In this document: positions 8,855 to 20,385 of the stretch, piece after piece | How positions within the stretch are numbered: the first letter of the stretch is position 1 | Layout: every line of letters starts with the position of its first letter | NCBI GenBank assembly: GCA_037442745.1 | Contig: JBBIPP010000002.1 | Location: forward strand, 110,463 to 172,798 | Source of the DNA: an archaeon | GTDB lineage: Archaea > SpSt-1190 > DYHY01 | Length of the DNA: 62,336 nucleotides | Reading direction: 5' to 3' | The notes under the pieces: generated by a model | Seen by the model: only the letters and a program-made list of their open reading frames with translations | What the model was told of the DNA's origin: nothing | The model's database searches: none | Made by a program: the position numbers and the translations under genes

Positions 8855-9487
8855 CTATGTAGAGGAATAATAATAGCCGGAGAGCGGGATTATTGTAGCC
8901 TTTGCCCGTTCCTCGTCTCCAACCCGAGAGCAGAGGTCGTAGTTGTCCTCGCCCTTTTCCGTCTCAATCAGGAGAATTTCATTGTAGGAATTGGCGTCGT
9001 TCTTCGGACCATAGTAATATCTCGAGTCAAGGAGGAGTTGAACTGTCTTCTTCTCGCTTGCCGAGAGCTCGACCGCTCCGTATGCCGGGCCGGAAGAATA
9101 GCCATATCCAATCGATTTCATTGAAACGCTGTCTGAGAGGACTTCTCCGAGGGCAGGCTCACTGAAAGGAGATGCCGTTTTCACAAAGGAGCTGTAGGAG
9201 ATGCCAATAGACTGGCCCTTCATTTTCCCGGTCGAATCGTAGAGACAGGCCGAGACTCTCGGAAGCTCAAACGACCGCGGAAGGAAATAGCTGTTAGTAA
9301 CAGTTATCTCCTGGATAACCACCCGCCTATTCGCGGAAGTCGAATAGTCTCTGTAGAAAATGTCCTGCCGAAGGAGCCCCTCCACCGATTTCTTTTCGAC
9401 AACAAAGGCCGGGCCGAAGGAGCTCACCGCAAAGACGAGCGCAAAGGCAATTCCGAAGAAAAAGAGTATTTTCAGGGATTTTTCCAT
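8855..9487 (-). CDS. Secreted hypothetical protein
   Basis: The N-terminal signal peptide is MEKSLKILFFFGIAFALVFAVSSFG. There are no catalytic motifs. Confidence 0.45.
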   Translation of the reverse strand: MEKSLKILFFFGIAFALVFAVSSFGPAFVVEKKSVEGLLRQDIFYRDYSTSANRRVVIQEITVTNSYFLPRSFELPRVSACLYDSTGKMKGQSIGISYSSFVKTASPFSEPALGEVLSDSVSMKSIGYGYSSGPAYGAVELSASEKKTVQLLLDSRYYYGPKNDANSYNEILLIETEKGEDNYDLCSRVGDEERAKATIIPLSGYYYSST

Positions 9488-9488
9488 C

Positions 9489-9764
9489 TCACTTCACAAC
9501 GGGCATTTTTCCCGATTTGCCGCTGAACTTCTTCATGAAATAGTATCCGAGGCCCATCATCAGGACCGAGGAGAGCGCAAGGAGCCCGAGTATCCCGTTT
9601 TTCCCAAGATTGAAAGCCTCAATAACATATCCGACAGTGAAAACATAGACGCAGATAGAGACGAGATAGAGGAGGTGGTTGAACTTGCGAAAGTTCGCAT
9701 AGAGTATTATTGCGGCAATCAGTCCAATCCAGAAAACAATTCCCCCTGTAAGTTCAGTCAGCAT
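9489..9764 (-). CDS. Small membrane protein (hypothetical)
   Basis: Three predicted TM helices. It lies 2 bp from the upstream gene. Confidence 0.4.
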   Translation of the reverse strand: MLTELTGGIVFWIGLIAAIILYANFRKFNHLLYLVSICVYVFTVGYVIEAFNLGKNGILGLLALSSVLMMGLGYYFMKKFSGKSGKMPVVK

Positions 9765-9770
9765 TTTTCT

Positions 9771-9968
9771 TCACAACCCCTTCTCCCTCAGATATTCCCC
9801 GCCAAAGAAGAACGCCCCCGCTAGGAGGACTAGGAGGAGAGTCTTTATTTCCTTTGCGAATCCGAGAATATATCCGTATGTGAAATAGCCTATTGTAATG
9901 AAAAGGAAGATTATCCCCATTATGAAAAACGCGTGCTCTATTTTCATGCCTCCCTGACAGCAAGGCAT
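9771..9968 (-). CDS. Small membrane protein (hypothetical)
   Basis: A 65-aa protein with two hydrophobic helices. Confidence 0.3.
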   Translation of the reverse strand: MPCCQGGMKIEHAFFIMGIIFLFITIGYFTYGYILGFAKEIKTLLLVLLAGAFFFGGEYLREKGL

Positions 9969-9998
9969 TTATTTAAACAATTCGTGTTTTTATCCGAT

Positions 9999-10559
9999 AT
10001 GGCGCCTGATTTTTTCCAACAAATCGCCCTTCTCGCCTCAAATCCCTCTGAGCTTTTCCGGCAGGTGAAGGGCAAAGAGAACGGGGGATTTTGGAAAACA
10101 TTCATTTTCCTCGCGACAATAGTTCTTGTCTCGGGGGTTCTCTCGGGATTCTCCGGTTTCTTTTACGGGGGAGGATATTCTTCCTTTTCGCCAATTTCAT
10201 TCATTGCGTTAAACCTTGTAGCTCTTCTCTATTCATCAGTTGTCCTAATAGTGATATCGAAGCTCTTCATCGGAAAGAACGGCTGGAAGGAGACTTTCAA
10301 GGCTGTCGCATATTCGGCAGCAATACCAATTTTCGTCAGGGCCCTGCCAATCGGCAAGATATCCACTTTTCTCCTTCCAATAGACCTCCTTGCGTTCGGA
10401 TATTCCCTCGTTCTCCTAGCAAAGGGGCTGATAATACTAAACGAGCTCTCCCTAGGAAAAGCGATTGGCGCAATAATAGTGTTTGTCCTCTTCACTCTAG
10501 GGATTTTTGCGTTCCTCCTTCTAGGAGTAATCCTCCCAAGCATCAGGGGAGTATTCTAG
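9999..10559 (+). CDS. Yip1-domain-like polytopic membrane protein
   Basis: The N-terminus MAPDFFQQIALLASNPSELFRQ is followed by 5 TM helices, resembling the Yip1/DUF1282 layout. The start was chosen at ATG 9999 to avoid overlap with the minus-strand gene. Confidence 0.45.
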   Translation: MAPDFFQQIALLASNPSELFRQVKGKENGGFWKTFIFLATIVLVSGVLSGFSGFFYGGGYSSFSPISFIALNLVALLYSSVVLIVISKLFIGKNGWKETFKAVAYSAAIPIFVRALPIGKISTFLLPIDLLAFGYSLVLLAKGLIILNELSLGKAIGAIIVFVLFTLGIFAFLLLGVILPSIRGVF

Positions 10560-10733
10560 AATATTTGAGGCAAGCGCAGAAAGGAGCCCGAATGCTTAGG
10601 AGAACCCAACCAAAAGTCTTATAAAGCAATTTTTCGGCTTCCCCGATGTGTCAGTGGTCCCTTTTCCCCCGGAAGCGCGTTCATCTATAGCAAGAGGATG
10701 CGAACAAGTGCTTTCGAGGGACAGGGAAAAGCT

Positions 10734-10809
10734 GTCCCGGTGGTGTAGTGGTCTAGCATATGAGCCTGTCACGCTTATGACTCGGGTTCGAATCCCGACC
10801 GGGACGCCA
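10734..10809 (+). tRNA. tRNA-Asp (anticodon GUC) with encoded CCA
   Basis: Acceptor GTCCCGG pairs with CCGGGAC. T-arm is TCGGG-TTCGAAT-CCCGA. Anticodon stem TGAGC/GCTTA (one G-U pair) carries loop CTGTCAC. The D-stem has two G-U pairs. Confidence 0.7.
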
Positions 10810-10884
10810 CTCGAACAAGCAACGAAGACAATGGAGATAATTCTCCCGTCTTCCGCCCTTTTTTCGGAGAAACTGGCAAAAGAA

Positions 10885-10996
10885 GGGCCGGTAGCTCAGC
10901 ATGGTAGAGCATCTGGCTTTTATTTTCAGGGGGGAGAAATCTCCCCTGGAGGAAGAAACCAGGTGGTCGTGGGTCCAAATCCCACCCGGCCCACCA
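10885..10996 (+). tRNA. tRNA-Lys (anticodon UUU) with a 35-nt intron at 37/38 (10923-10957). CCA is encoded.
   Basis: Acceptor GGGCCGG pairs with CCGGCCC. D-arm is GCTC...GAGC. Anticodon stem TCTGG/CCAGG flanks CTTTTA-[intron]-A. T-arm is GTGGG-TCCAAAT-CCCAC, with C at position 55 where U is normally found. Confidence 0.7.
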
Positions 10997-11211
10997 CGAA
11001 ACCGCAGGGACCAATTGCCCCTGCAGTTTTACGCTCCTCCTTTGCCCCAACAGCCGGCTTTCGGACGGTTAATGCGACATTCAATCAGCTCAACAGTTCG
11101 AGGATTGCTGGCGGAGAAAAATCGCAGAACTTCAAACTTCTTCATTTCGGAGGGAGGCATCTTCCGGAATTTCTGGGAAAAAAAATTTCAAAGGAGCTGT
11201 GAAAAAGGAAA

Positions 11212-12717
11212 ATGAACGATCTCGGGGAAGAACTTGTAAAGGCATTTTTGGAAGAATACGGAACTGTCCGCCACCATATCGACTCATTCAACAGCTTCAT
11301 GACCCGCGGAATGCAGGCAGTAGTTGACGAGACAGGAGAGCTTCTCCCAGCAATAATACCTCACGGGGCCAAGGAATACAGAATCCGCTTTGGGAATGTC
11401 TCTGTAGGAAACCCGGTTGTGAAGGAAGCTGACGGCTCAATGAACAAAATCCTCCCGTTCGAGGCTCGGATAAGGCAGATAACATACGAGGCTCCCATAA
11501 CTCTAGAGCTCTTCGTTGAGCAGGACGGGATAAGGAAGGATCCGGTAATTGCCGAACTCGGAAGCCTTCCAATTATGCTCAAGAGCAACGCGTGCTATCT
11601 CTCGAAAATGGGCGTGCGTGATCTAATTGAGAACGGGGAGGACCCGACAGACCCGGGCGGATATTTCGTAATTAACGGGACTGAGCGCGTCCTAATTGCA
11701 ATAGAGGATTTGGGACCGAACACACCCCTTCTTGAGGAGAAGAAGAACGGGCCGGTCACCCACGCCGCTAGGCTTTTTTCCGAGGCTCCCGGAATAAGGA
11801 TACCACATCTTTTCGAGCGCCTTCAGGACGGGACAGTCAGGGTCAGTTTCGGAAGAATTGCAAAGCTCCCTGTCGGGGTACTGGTGATGGCTCTCGGCCT
11901 TGAGAGCGATGAGGAAATAGGGAACTCGATATCCGAAAATCCAGATTTGATGGAGGACGTTATGGTCAACCTCGAGACAATTGAGGAATCAAAGAACGTT
12001 GAGGACGCCCTCGACTGGATAGGACGCCAATTGAAAATCGGGCAGGGCAAGGAATACCGCGTCCAAAGAGTCCAGGAACTGATTGACCAGTATCTGCTCC
12101 CCCACATAGGAAGGGGCCCGTCCTCCCGCAGAGAAAAAGCAATATATCTAGGGAAAATAACGGAGCGCCTGATAAAACTCCACTACGGCTTCCTGAAAGA
12201 GGACGACAAGGACCATTATTCGAACAAGCGCCTGAAGCTCGCGGGGGAACTAATGGAACAGCTTTTCCGCGCATCCTTCAAGGCAATTGTCAACGACATG
12301 AAATACTCTTTTGAGCGTATAACAAAGAGGGGAAGGGAGCCACCGATAGAGACAATTGTCAGAAGCCAGCTCCTCACAGGACGCCTTCGAAGCGCTCTTG
12401 CAACAGGATACTGGGTCGGCTCAAGAACCGGAGTTTCCCAGCATCTCCAAAGGCTCAATTACTTGGACACTCTTTCCCATTTGAGAAGGGTTCTTTCCCC
12501 CCTGACAACGTCCCAACCACATTTCGAGGCAAGGGAACTACATCCAACCCACTGGGGAAAGCTCTGCGCGTCAGAGACTCCTGAAGGACAGAACATCGGC
12601 CTCAGGAAGAACTTGGCGCTCACTGCAAGGGTTACCCACGGGACTGACGAGAGCGAAGTTAGGAAATTCCTCGCATCTAACGGAGTGGAACTCGCGGAAA
12701 ATTCTGGCAAGAAATAA
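11212..12717 (+). CDS. rpoB2: DNA-directed RNA polymerase subunit B'' (N-terminal half of split RpoB)
   Basis: The 501-aa product ends where the B' ORF begins and fits the standard archaeal operon position; assignment is by position and end-to-end size, not by a cited motif. Confidence 0.9.
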   Translation: MNDLGEELVKAFLEEYGTVRHHIDSFNSFMTRGMQAVVDETGELLPAIIPHGAKEYRIRFGNVSVGNPVVKEADGSMNKILPFEARIRQITYEAPITLELFVEQDGIRKDPVIAELGSLPIMLKSNACYLSKMGVRDLIENGEDPTDPGGYFVINGTERVLIAIEDLGPNTPLLEEKKNGPVTHAARLFSEAPGIRIPHLFERLQDGTVRVSFGRIAKLPVGVLVMALGLESDEEIGNSISENPDLMEDVMVNLETIEESKNVEDALDWIGRQLKIGQGKEYRVQRVQELIDQYLLPHIGRGPSSRREKAIYLGKITERLIKLHYGFLKEDDKDHYSNKRLKLAGELMEQLFRASFKAIVNDMKYSFERITKRGREPPIETIVRSQLLTGRLRSALATGYWVGSRTGVSQHLQRLNYLDTLSHLRRVLSPLTTSQPHFEARELHPTHWGKLCASETPEGQNIGLRKNLALTARVTHGTDESEVRKFLASNGVELAENSGKK

Positions 12718-12755
12718 TTCCAAAGGAACAAGACAAAAAGGAGACAGAGAATCAT

Positions 12756-14594
12756 ATGGCTAAAATATCGGAAAATCAGAAATTCGAAAAGGCGGACGTT
12801 TTCCTGAACGGGCGGTTTGTCGGACGGCACGAGGACGGGCGCGCGCTTGTTGAACGGCTGAAGGAAGAGAGGCGAAGCGGACGGATATTGCCTGAAACAA
12901 CAATTGCATATCTCGCCCATTTGGGAGAGGTCAGGGTATTCACGGATGCCGGAAGAGTTGTCCGGCCCCTGATAATTGTCTCGGATGGCAATCCATTGGT
13001 AGGAAAGGAGGAATTGGCAAAACTCCGAAAGAAGGAGATTTCCTGGAAAGACCTCCTTAGTGAGGGAAAAGTTGAATTTCTTGACGCTGACGAGGAAGAA
13101 GAGGCACTGGTAGCGCTCACCCCAAAGGAGCTCACCAAAAAGCACACGCACATGGAAATAGACCCTGTGACAATACTCGGGCTTCCGGCAAGCCTTGTTC
13201 CCTTTGCCAATTTCTCAAGGGGAGACCGCGTGAACTACGGAGCGTCAAAAGGGGTGAAGCAGGCGCTCGGAATATACACTGCGAACTATCTTACCCGCTT
13301 CGACACTTATTCGAACATTCTCCACTATCCCCAAAAGCCGATTGTCAGGAGCAGGCTAACAGGAGTAATCGGCTTTGACAACCATGCGGCTGGGCAGAAC
13401 TTCATTGTCGCTCTAATGCCCTGGGAAGGGTATAACATGGAAGACGCGGTTGTTATTAACAAGGGCTCAATTGAGCGGGGACTCGGGCGGAGCACATTTT
13501 ACCGGCCCTATGTCACGCAGGAGCAGAGGCATCCTTCGGGGCAGGAGGACACTATTGAAGTCCCCCAGAAGGATGTTGTCGGATACAGAATGGAGCACCT
13601 CTACAGGAATTTGGGAGAGGACGGGCTAGTTGAGCTTGAAACAAGGGTAGATAGCGACGACGTTATTATCGGGCGCACAAGTCCCCCAAGGTTCCTTGGC
13701 GCAGTCGACATATTCAGGAGAGGGACGGAGTCGAGAAGGGAGAGCTCAATTGTTGTCCGGCACGGAGAGGGCGGATGGGTTGACACTGTCCTGATAACCG
13801 AGGATCAAGAAGGCCACAAAATGGCGAAAATCCGGGTGAGGGACGATAGGATTCCGGAACTCGGTGACAAATTCTCCTCAAGGCACGGCCAGAAAGGAGT
13901 AGTCGGAATGCTAGTTGAGCAGACAGATATGCCATATTCCGAGAACGGAATAGTTCCCGACATGATAGCGAATCCCCACGGAATACCCTCAAGAATGACA
14001 GTTTCCCAGCTAATGGAAATACTGACAGGCAAGGGCGCGAGCGTTTCCGGAAAATATGTTGACGGGACAGCATTCTCAGAGAACCCGGTCGATGGGATGA
14101 AGCAAGTCCTCCTAGAGAACGGCTTTAGGCCTGACGGAAAAGAGGTCTTCTATGACGGAATTACCGGCAAGCGCTTCGAGGCCGACATATTCGTCGGAGT
14201 AATCTACTACCACAAACTCAGGCATATGGTGCTAAACAAGCTCCACGCAAGGTCAAGGGGGCCTGTGCAGATACTGACAAGGCAACCGACAGAAGGGCGT
14301 TCGAAGAAAGGCGGTCTTCGTATGGGGGAAATGGAAAAGGACTGCCTTGTTGCCCACGGAGCGTCGCTTCTCCTGAAAGAGAGGTTCGACTCGGACAAGA
14401 CCACAGTTCCAATATGCCTGTCCTGCGGAGTCGCGGCAGTATATGACAAGCAAAAGGAGAAGAGCCACTGCCCAATGTGCGGTGAGAGCGCGAAAATCGA
14501 GTTCGTCGAAGTCTCCTACGCTTTCCACCTTCTATTGCACGAACTGATGAGCATCGGGGTTTTCCCGAAATTGAGGCTTGAGAACAAGAGTTAG
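12756..14594 (+). CDS. rpoB1: DNA-directed RNA polymerase subunit B' (C-terminal half of split RpoB)
   Basis: 612 aa containing the conserved SRHGQKG and GEMEKD blocks and a C-terminal Cys4 zinc ribbon (CLSCG...CPMCG). Confidence 0.9.
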   Translation: MAKISENQKFEKADVFLNGRFVGRHEDGRALVERLKEERRSGRILPETTIAYLAHLGEVRVFTDAGRVVRPLIIVSDGNPLVGKEELAKLRKKEISWKDLLSEGKVEFLDADEEEEALVALTPKELTKKHTHMEIDPVTILGLPASLVPFANFSRGDRVNYGASKGVKQALGIYTANYLTRFDTYSNILHYPQKPIVRSRLTGVIGFDNHAAGQNFIVALMPWEGYNMEDAVVINKGSIERGLGRSTFYRPYVTQEQRHPSGQEDTIEVPQKDVVGYRMEHLYRNLGEDGLVELETRVDSDDVIIGRTSPPRFLGAVDIFRRGTESRRESSIVVRHGEGGWVDTVLITEDQEGHKMAKIRVRDDRIPELGDKFSSRHGQKGVVGMLVEQTDMPYSENGIVPDMIANPHGIPSRMTVSQLMEILTGKGASVSGKYVDGTAFSENPVDGMKQVLLENGFRPDGKEVFYDGITGKRFEADIFVGVIYYHKLRHMVLNKLHARSRGPVQILTRQPTEGRSKKGGLRMGEMEKDCLVAHGASLLLKERFDSDKTTVPICLSCGVAAVYDKQKEKSHCPMCGESAKIEFVEVSYAFHLLLHELMSIGVFPKLRLENKS

Positions 14595-14610
14595 GAAAGG
14601 AGAGGAAAAA

Positions 14611-17235
14611 ATGGCACAACCAATAATCAAGAAAAGAATAGGCTCAATAGATTTCGGGCTTCTAGGTCCACAGGCAATAAGGAAACTTTCCACCCTTGAA
14701 GTGACGGTGTCCGAACTATACGACCAGGACGGCTTTCCCGTGGAAGGGGGACTAATGGACCCCCGTATGGGAATTGTCGACCCAGGTCTTCGGTGCAGGA
14801 CGTGCGGGTCAAGGGTCGGGGAATGCCCGGGCCATTTCGGGTATATTGAGCTAGCAAGACCGGTAATCCACATAAAATTCTCGGAAATAATATACCGGAT
14901 ACTCTCCGCAACCTGCCACGAATGCGGGCGGATAAAGATTGATGAGAAAGCCAACCAGAAATACAAAAAGCTCTACGACAATATTGATCGCGAGCAGACA
15001 GACATTTCCAAATGGAAGCTTGTCCCTGAAATCTACAGGCTCGCTGCAAGGGGGAAGAATTGCCCGCACTGCGGGAAGAAGACCCTTCCGATAAAGTTCG
15101 AAAAGCCGACAACATACTATCGGGACAAGGATAAGCTGACGCCAATTGACGTCAGGGACCAATTGGAAAAAGTCCCGAATTCAGACCTCCTGCTTCTCGG
15201 AATTGACCAGAAATCGGCAAGGCCGGAATGGATGGTAACGACCGCATTGGCAGTGCCTCCAGTTACAGTTAGACCTTCAATTACTCTTGACTCGTCAGAG
15301 CGGGCGGAAGACGACCTGACCCACAAGCTAGTCGATATTATGAGAATTAACCTAAGGCTGAAGGAGAACATGGGAGCAGGAGCTCCGTCAGTAATCATCG
15401 AGGATTTGTGGGAACTCCTGCAGTACCACGTCACCACATTCACAGACAACGAGGTCGCGTCAATCCCCCCGGCAAGGCACAGGGCAGGACGCGTTCTCAA
15501 GGGAATTGCCCAGAGAATAAAGAGCAAGGAAGGGCGCTTTAGATACAACCTGGCCGGAAAGCGCGTCAACTTCTCAGCAAGAACGGTTATTTCCCCTGAC
15601 TCGAAGCTATCAATTGAGGAAGTTGGAATCCCGAGCGAAGTCGCAAAGGAACTCACAGTCCCCGAAATTGTCACTGAGCGTAACCTTGACTGGCTGAAGA
15701 AGCTCATACTTAACGGACCTTCCAAGGTCGGAGGGGCGAACTATGTCCTTCTCCCGGACGGCCGGAAGAAGAGAATTACCGAGGATGACAAGGAACAGGT
15801 AGCTGAAGAATTGAAGCCGGGAATGGTTGTAGAACGCCATGTTGTTGACGGGGACATTGTCCTTTTCAACAGGCAGCCCTCCCTTCACAGGCTCTCGATA
15901 ATGGCGCACAGGGCCCGGGTGCTTCCCTACCACTCTTTCAGGCTGAACCCAGCGGTCTGCCCTCCTTATAACGCGGACTTTGACGGGGACGAAATGAACC
16001 TGCACGTTCCGCAGACCCTTGAAGCGTCAATAGAGGCCGAGGAACTGATGACTGTCTCAAAACAGATAAGGTCTCCTAGGTACGGAGGACCGATTGTCGG
16101 AGGCCATCAGGACCATATAACTGCTCTGTATCTGATGACTCTTCCGGAAACTGAGGTTTCGAGGAACGAGGCTAACCAGCTTCTCTTCGAAGCCGGGATT
16201 GAGGATGTCTCAATTGAGGGCGAGAAAATCTCCGGAAAAGAGCTTTTCTCCATGATTATTCCAAAGGACGCGACCCTCTCATTCAGGAGCAAGGCATGCA
16301 AGTTCTACGGATGCAGGAACTGCACGCCCGAGACTTGCGCAACAAAGACCCATGTACTGATTGAAAAGGGGGTTCTAAAGACCGGCGTAATTGACGGAGC
16401 GGCAATAGGATCTGGGGAGGGAAAGCTCCTTGACTATTTCACCCAGAAATACGGCCCGATAGCCTCGAAGAAATTCATTGACAAGTTCACGCAGCTCGGC
16501 CTCGCCTATTTCAGGAAGACCGGCTTTTCCGTAGGAATTGAGGATTTCGAAATATCGGAATCAGCCAAAGCTTCAGTAGCCCAAGTGCTGTCTGAAGGGG
16601 AAGCGGAATCCCTTAACCTTATTGAGGAATACAAGGCAGATAGATTGGAAGCCCTTCCGGGAATGACCGCAAGGCAGACATTGGAAATGGAGATAATGGG
16701 TGCCTTGAACAGGGCAAGGGACAAGGCTGTCGAAATTGTCAGGCAGTTTGTCAAGCCGACCAATCCGGCAATAATAATGGCAATCTGCGGGGCGCGAGGC
16801 AAGGTGCTAAACGTCGCCCAGATGGCGGCCTGCTTGGGCCAGCAGGCAATCAGCGGAGGGCGTGTCAAGCGCGGATACTATGAGAGGACGCTCCCCCATT
16901 TTGTGAAAGGGGACATTGGAGCGGCTTCAAAAGGATTCGTCAAGAATTCCTATGGAAGCGGACTCGACCCGTTCGAATTCTACTGGGTCGCAATGGCCGG
17001 AAGGGAAGGGTTGACCGACACCTCTATGAGAACGCCGAAATCAGGATACATGTACAGGCGTCTTTCGAACGCTCTACAGGACCTATTTGTCGATTATGAC
17101 CTCTCAGTCAGGGACTCGAGAGGGGGAATAGTCCAGTTCAAGTACGGGGAGGACGGCCTTGACCCGTCGAAGACTGACCAGGGCCTTCTTTCAATAAAGA
17201 AAACAAGGGCGCTCCAGGGAAAGAAGGGGGTTTAG
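14611..17235 (+). CDS. rpoA1: DNA-directed RNA polymerase subunit A'
   Basis: Zinc motifs CRTCGSRVGECPGHFG and the catalytic NADFDGDEMN are present. The start is set at MAQPIIKK (14611), preceded by GGAGAGG. The track's upstream ATG at 14578 would overlap rpoB1. Confidence 0.9.
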   Translation: MAQPIIKKRIGSIDFGLLGPQAIRKLSTLEVTVSELYDQDGFPVEGGLMDPRMGIVDPGLRCRTCGSRVGECPGHFGYIELARPVIHIKFSEIIYRILSATCHECGRIKIDEKANQKYKKLYDNIDREQTDISKWKLVPEIYRLAARGKNCPHCGKKTLPIKFEKPTTYYRDKDKLTPIDVRDQLEKVPNSDLLLLGIDQKSARPEWMVTTALAVPPVTVRPSITLDSSERAEDDLTHKLVDIMRINLRLKENMGAGAPSVIIEDLWELLQYHVTTFTDNEVASIPPARHRAGRVLKGIAQRIKSKEGRFRYNLAGKRVNFSARTVISPDSKLSIEEVGIPSEVAKELTVPEIVTERNLDWLKKLILNGPSKVGGANYVLLPDGRKKRITEDDKEQVAEELKPGMVVERHVVDGDIVLFNRQPSLHRLSIMAHRARVLPYHSFRLNPAVCPPYNADFDGDEMNLHVPQTLEASIEAEELMTVSKQIRSPRYGGPIVGGHQDHITALYLMTLPETEVSRNEANQLLFEAGIEDVSIEGEKISGKELFSMIIPKDATLSFRSKACKFYGCRNCTPETCATKTHVLIEKGVLKTGVIDGAAIGSGEGKLLDYFTQKYGPIASKKFIDKFTQLGLAYFRKTGFSVGIEDFEISESAKASVAQVLSEGEAESLNLIEEYKADRLEALPGMTARQTLEMEIMGALNRARDKAVEIVRQFVKPTNPAIIMAICGARGKVLNVAQMAACLGQQAISGGRVKRGYYERTLPHFVKGDIGAASKGFVKNSYGSGLDPFEFYWVAMAGREGLTDTSMRTPKSGYMYRRLSNALQDLFVDYDLSVRDSRGGIVQFKYGEDGLDPSKTDQGLLSIKKTRALQGKKGV

Positions 17236-18435
<1,200 letters not shown>

Positions 18436-18472
18436 GTTTTAAAAAAGAGGAAAAAAGGGGAAAAGGAACAAA

Positions 18473-18760
18473 ATGGAACAGAAAGAATTCGTCAAAGCCC
18501 TCTCCAAGGCAATCTCAGAGAACAAGCTCGTCTTAGGAACAGAAACAAACCTGAAAATGCTCTCGGCTGGAAAGCTTGAGATAATTGCATATTCCGAGAA
18601 CACCCCTGAAAAGGTGAAGAAGGCAATAGCGGAAAAGCTCGGAGGAGCAAAGGAACATCCGTTCTCCGGAAACAACATAGAGCTTGGCGAGCTCTCGAAG
18701 AGGCCCCACAGGGTTTCAGTAGTCGGAATTGCAAAAACCGAGAAGAAAAAAGCTAACTAG
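18473..18760 (+). CDS. rpl30e: Ribosomal protein L30e
   Basis: 95 aa (KLVLGTETNLKMLSAGKLEIIAYSENTPEKVKKAIAEKL). It sits in the canonical archaeal position between rpoA2 and nusA. Confidence 0.85.
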   Translation: MEQKEFVKALSKAISENKLVLGTETNLKMLSAGKLEIIAYSENTPEKVKKAIAEKLGGAKEHPFSGNNIELGELSKRPHRVSVVGIAKTEKKKAN

Positions 18761-18784
18761 TCCGGAAAAAATGGGGGAGAAAAA

Positions 18785-19258
18785 GTGGGAATTACTCTGA
18801 AAATATCCTCCTCTTCAGGCTCTCCCGGAAAATCCGTCAAAATGGGGATGGACCATTTCAAGTTCATCAACCTTTTTGAGTCAATGACGAACGCGCATGT
18901 CAAGGACTGCGTAATTCTCCCAGACAGGCTTGTCTTCATTATTAACGAGGGGGAAATCGGCCTTGCAATAGGAAAAGGCGGGGCGAACGTAAAGAAGGTT
19001 GAGACAGCGCTCCAAGGGAAGAAAGTCGACCTGATTGAGTATTCAAAGGACCCGATCCAGTACCTGAAGAACATCCTCTATCCGATGAAAATAAAGAGCG
19101 CCTACAATTCGGAAAAGTCCGACGGGAAGAAGGTCTTGAATATTGACCTAGATTCCCATGACAAGAAGAAGCTCCTTTCAAACGGGAAGAAGAGGCTGAC
19201 TGAGGCCAAGGGATATTTCCTCAGGCACCATAAGGTGGACGACATTGAGGTTGTTTAG
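18785..19258 (+). CDS. nusA: Archaeal NusA-like termination factor (two KH domains). The start may be the internal ATG at 18842.
   Basis: A KH motif is present (LAIGKGGANVKKVETAL). Size and position are as in archaeal RNAP operons. Confidence 0.8.
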   Translation: MGITLKISSSSGSPGKSVKMGMDHFKFINLFESMTNAHVKDCVILPDRLVFIINEGEIGLAIGKGGANVKKVETALQGKKVDLIEYSKDPIQYLKNILYPMKIKSAYNSEKSDGKKVLNIDLDSHDKKKLLSNGKKRLTEAKGYFLRHHKVDDIEVV

Positions 19259-19329
19259 GGCGCCTTGTTTTTGGGTTTCTTCAATAAATCTCGAAAACAT
19301 ATTTAATTGGATTTTAATTGTTTGAGCTA

Positions 19330-20385
19330 ATGGAAAAGTTTACATTTGTAGATTTAATTAATCGAGTTTTCAAAGAATCTAAAACACCTTTATCACCAAA
19401 AGAAATTTGGGAAAAAGCAATTCAGTTAGATTTAGTTTCTCGATTAAATTCAAAATGAAAAACTCCTTGGGAGGCCATCAATTCATACATTTATGACGAT
19501 GTTTCAAAAAGCGTAACTCCGCATTTCAAGAAATTCGGAACAAGACCAACAAGATTTCATTTTGCTAATTTTGCAGGAAACGTGCTTGACTTACCAGAAA
19601 AAAATTTCACCGGGAAGTTCAATGAAAGAGATTCACATACCTTGTGAATTTTGCTGGTCGCAATAACAAATTCGGTGTGCTAATAAAACAATACATCACG
19701 AAAATTCCAGAAAGACAAGAATCTGGAAGTCGTCTTGGTTACATTCCGATCTCGTTTGGTGTATTTTCCTTTTCAAGAAGATGAATACACATCTTCCTTT
19801 ATAGACTTACAAAAAGAAGTATCAATTTCTTTAGTAAGATTTTTTTCTTTTGAAATGAAAATAAATCTAAACTTTAGCAGTATAAGAGAATCATATTTTC
19901 AGGCAGTTTCAAATTCAAGCTGGGCAAACGAGGGCTATTTAGTTGCGTTGAACATAAATAAAGAATCCGACTTTCTTCAAGAACCTCACAGGTTGGCGGA
20001 TGCATTTGGAATTGGTATAATAGAATTAGACGCAGAGAATGTTGCTGAAAGTAAGATATTAATTCGTGCAAAAGAGAACAAAGAATTAGATTGGAATACG
20101 TTAAATCGCCTAGCAGAAAAAAATGGCGATTTTGGTGTCTTTCTCAAAGATATAGTTAAGGACTTGAGTGTCTGTTGTTACTGGAAGATACGATTCAATT
20201 CTTTCTATCGAAGAGTTATTTGCTTGGATAAAAGAGAAGAAAATAACGAAAGAACTTCTCTAACTTTTCTCAAAAACAAACACATATTCGTGCGCGAGAA
20301 GCAGGAAATTATACTTTATGCTCTGGGGATACCAAAAGCCTGTCGCTCGGCAGTTGTGTTGTTCTTTGATTATTATCTCCTTTAG
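19330..20385 (+). pseudogene. Degraded gene with an N-terminal HARE-HTH-like winged-helix domain and a C-terminal nuclease-like region. It is interrupted by at least 3 in-frame stops (TGA at 19456, TGA at 19644, TAA at 19678-19683).
   Basis: The frame-1 reading gives MEKFTFVDLINRVFKESKTPLSPKEIWEKAIQLDLVSRLNSK*KTPWEAINSYIYDDVSKSVTPHFKKFGTRPTRFHFANF. The same frame continues into the 216-aa ORF 19735..20385. Confidence 0.4.

Noticed and set aside
10997-11211. Small ORF (47 aa, MRHSISSTVRGLLAEKN...) upstream of rpoB'' as a candidate rpoH
   Set aside because: It shows no resemblance to RpoH (no HELVP-type motif) and is too short, so it is treated as spurious.
14578-14610. Upstream ATG (14578) as the rpoA' start
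   Set aside because: It overlaps the rpoB' stop region. MAQPIIKK at 14611 is preceded by a GGAGAGG RBS-like motif and matches typical A' N-termini.
12776-17235. Numerous antisense and alternate-frame ORFs inside the rpoB and rpoA genes (e.g. 12776..13210-, 14627..15145-, 15117..15725-)
   Set aside because: They overlap strongly supported, highly conserved coding sequence on the other strand or frame, and are typical spurious ORFs of moderate-GC DNA.
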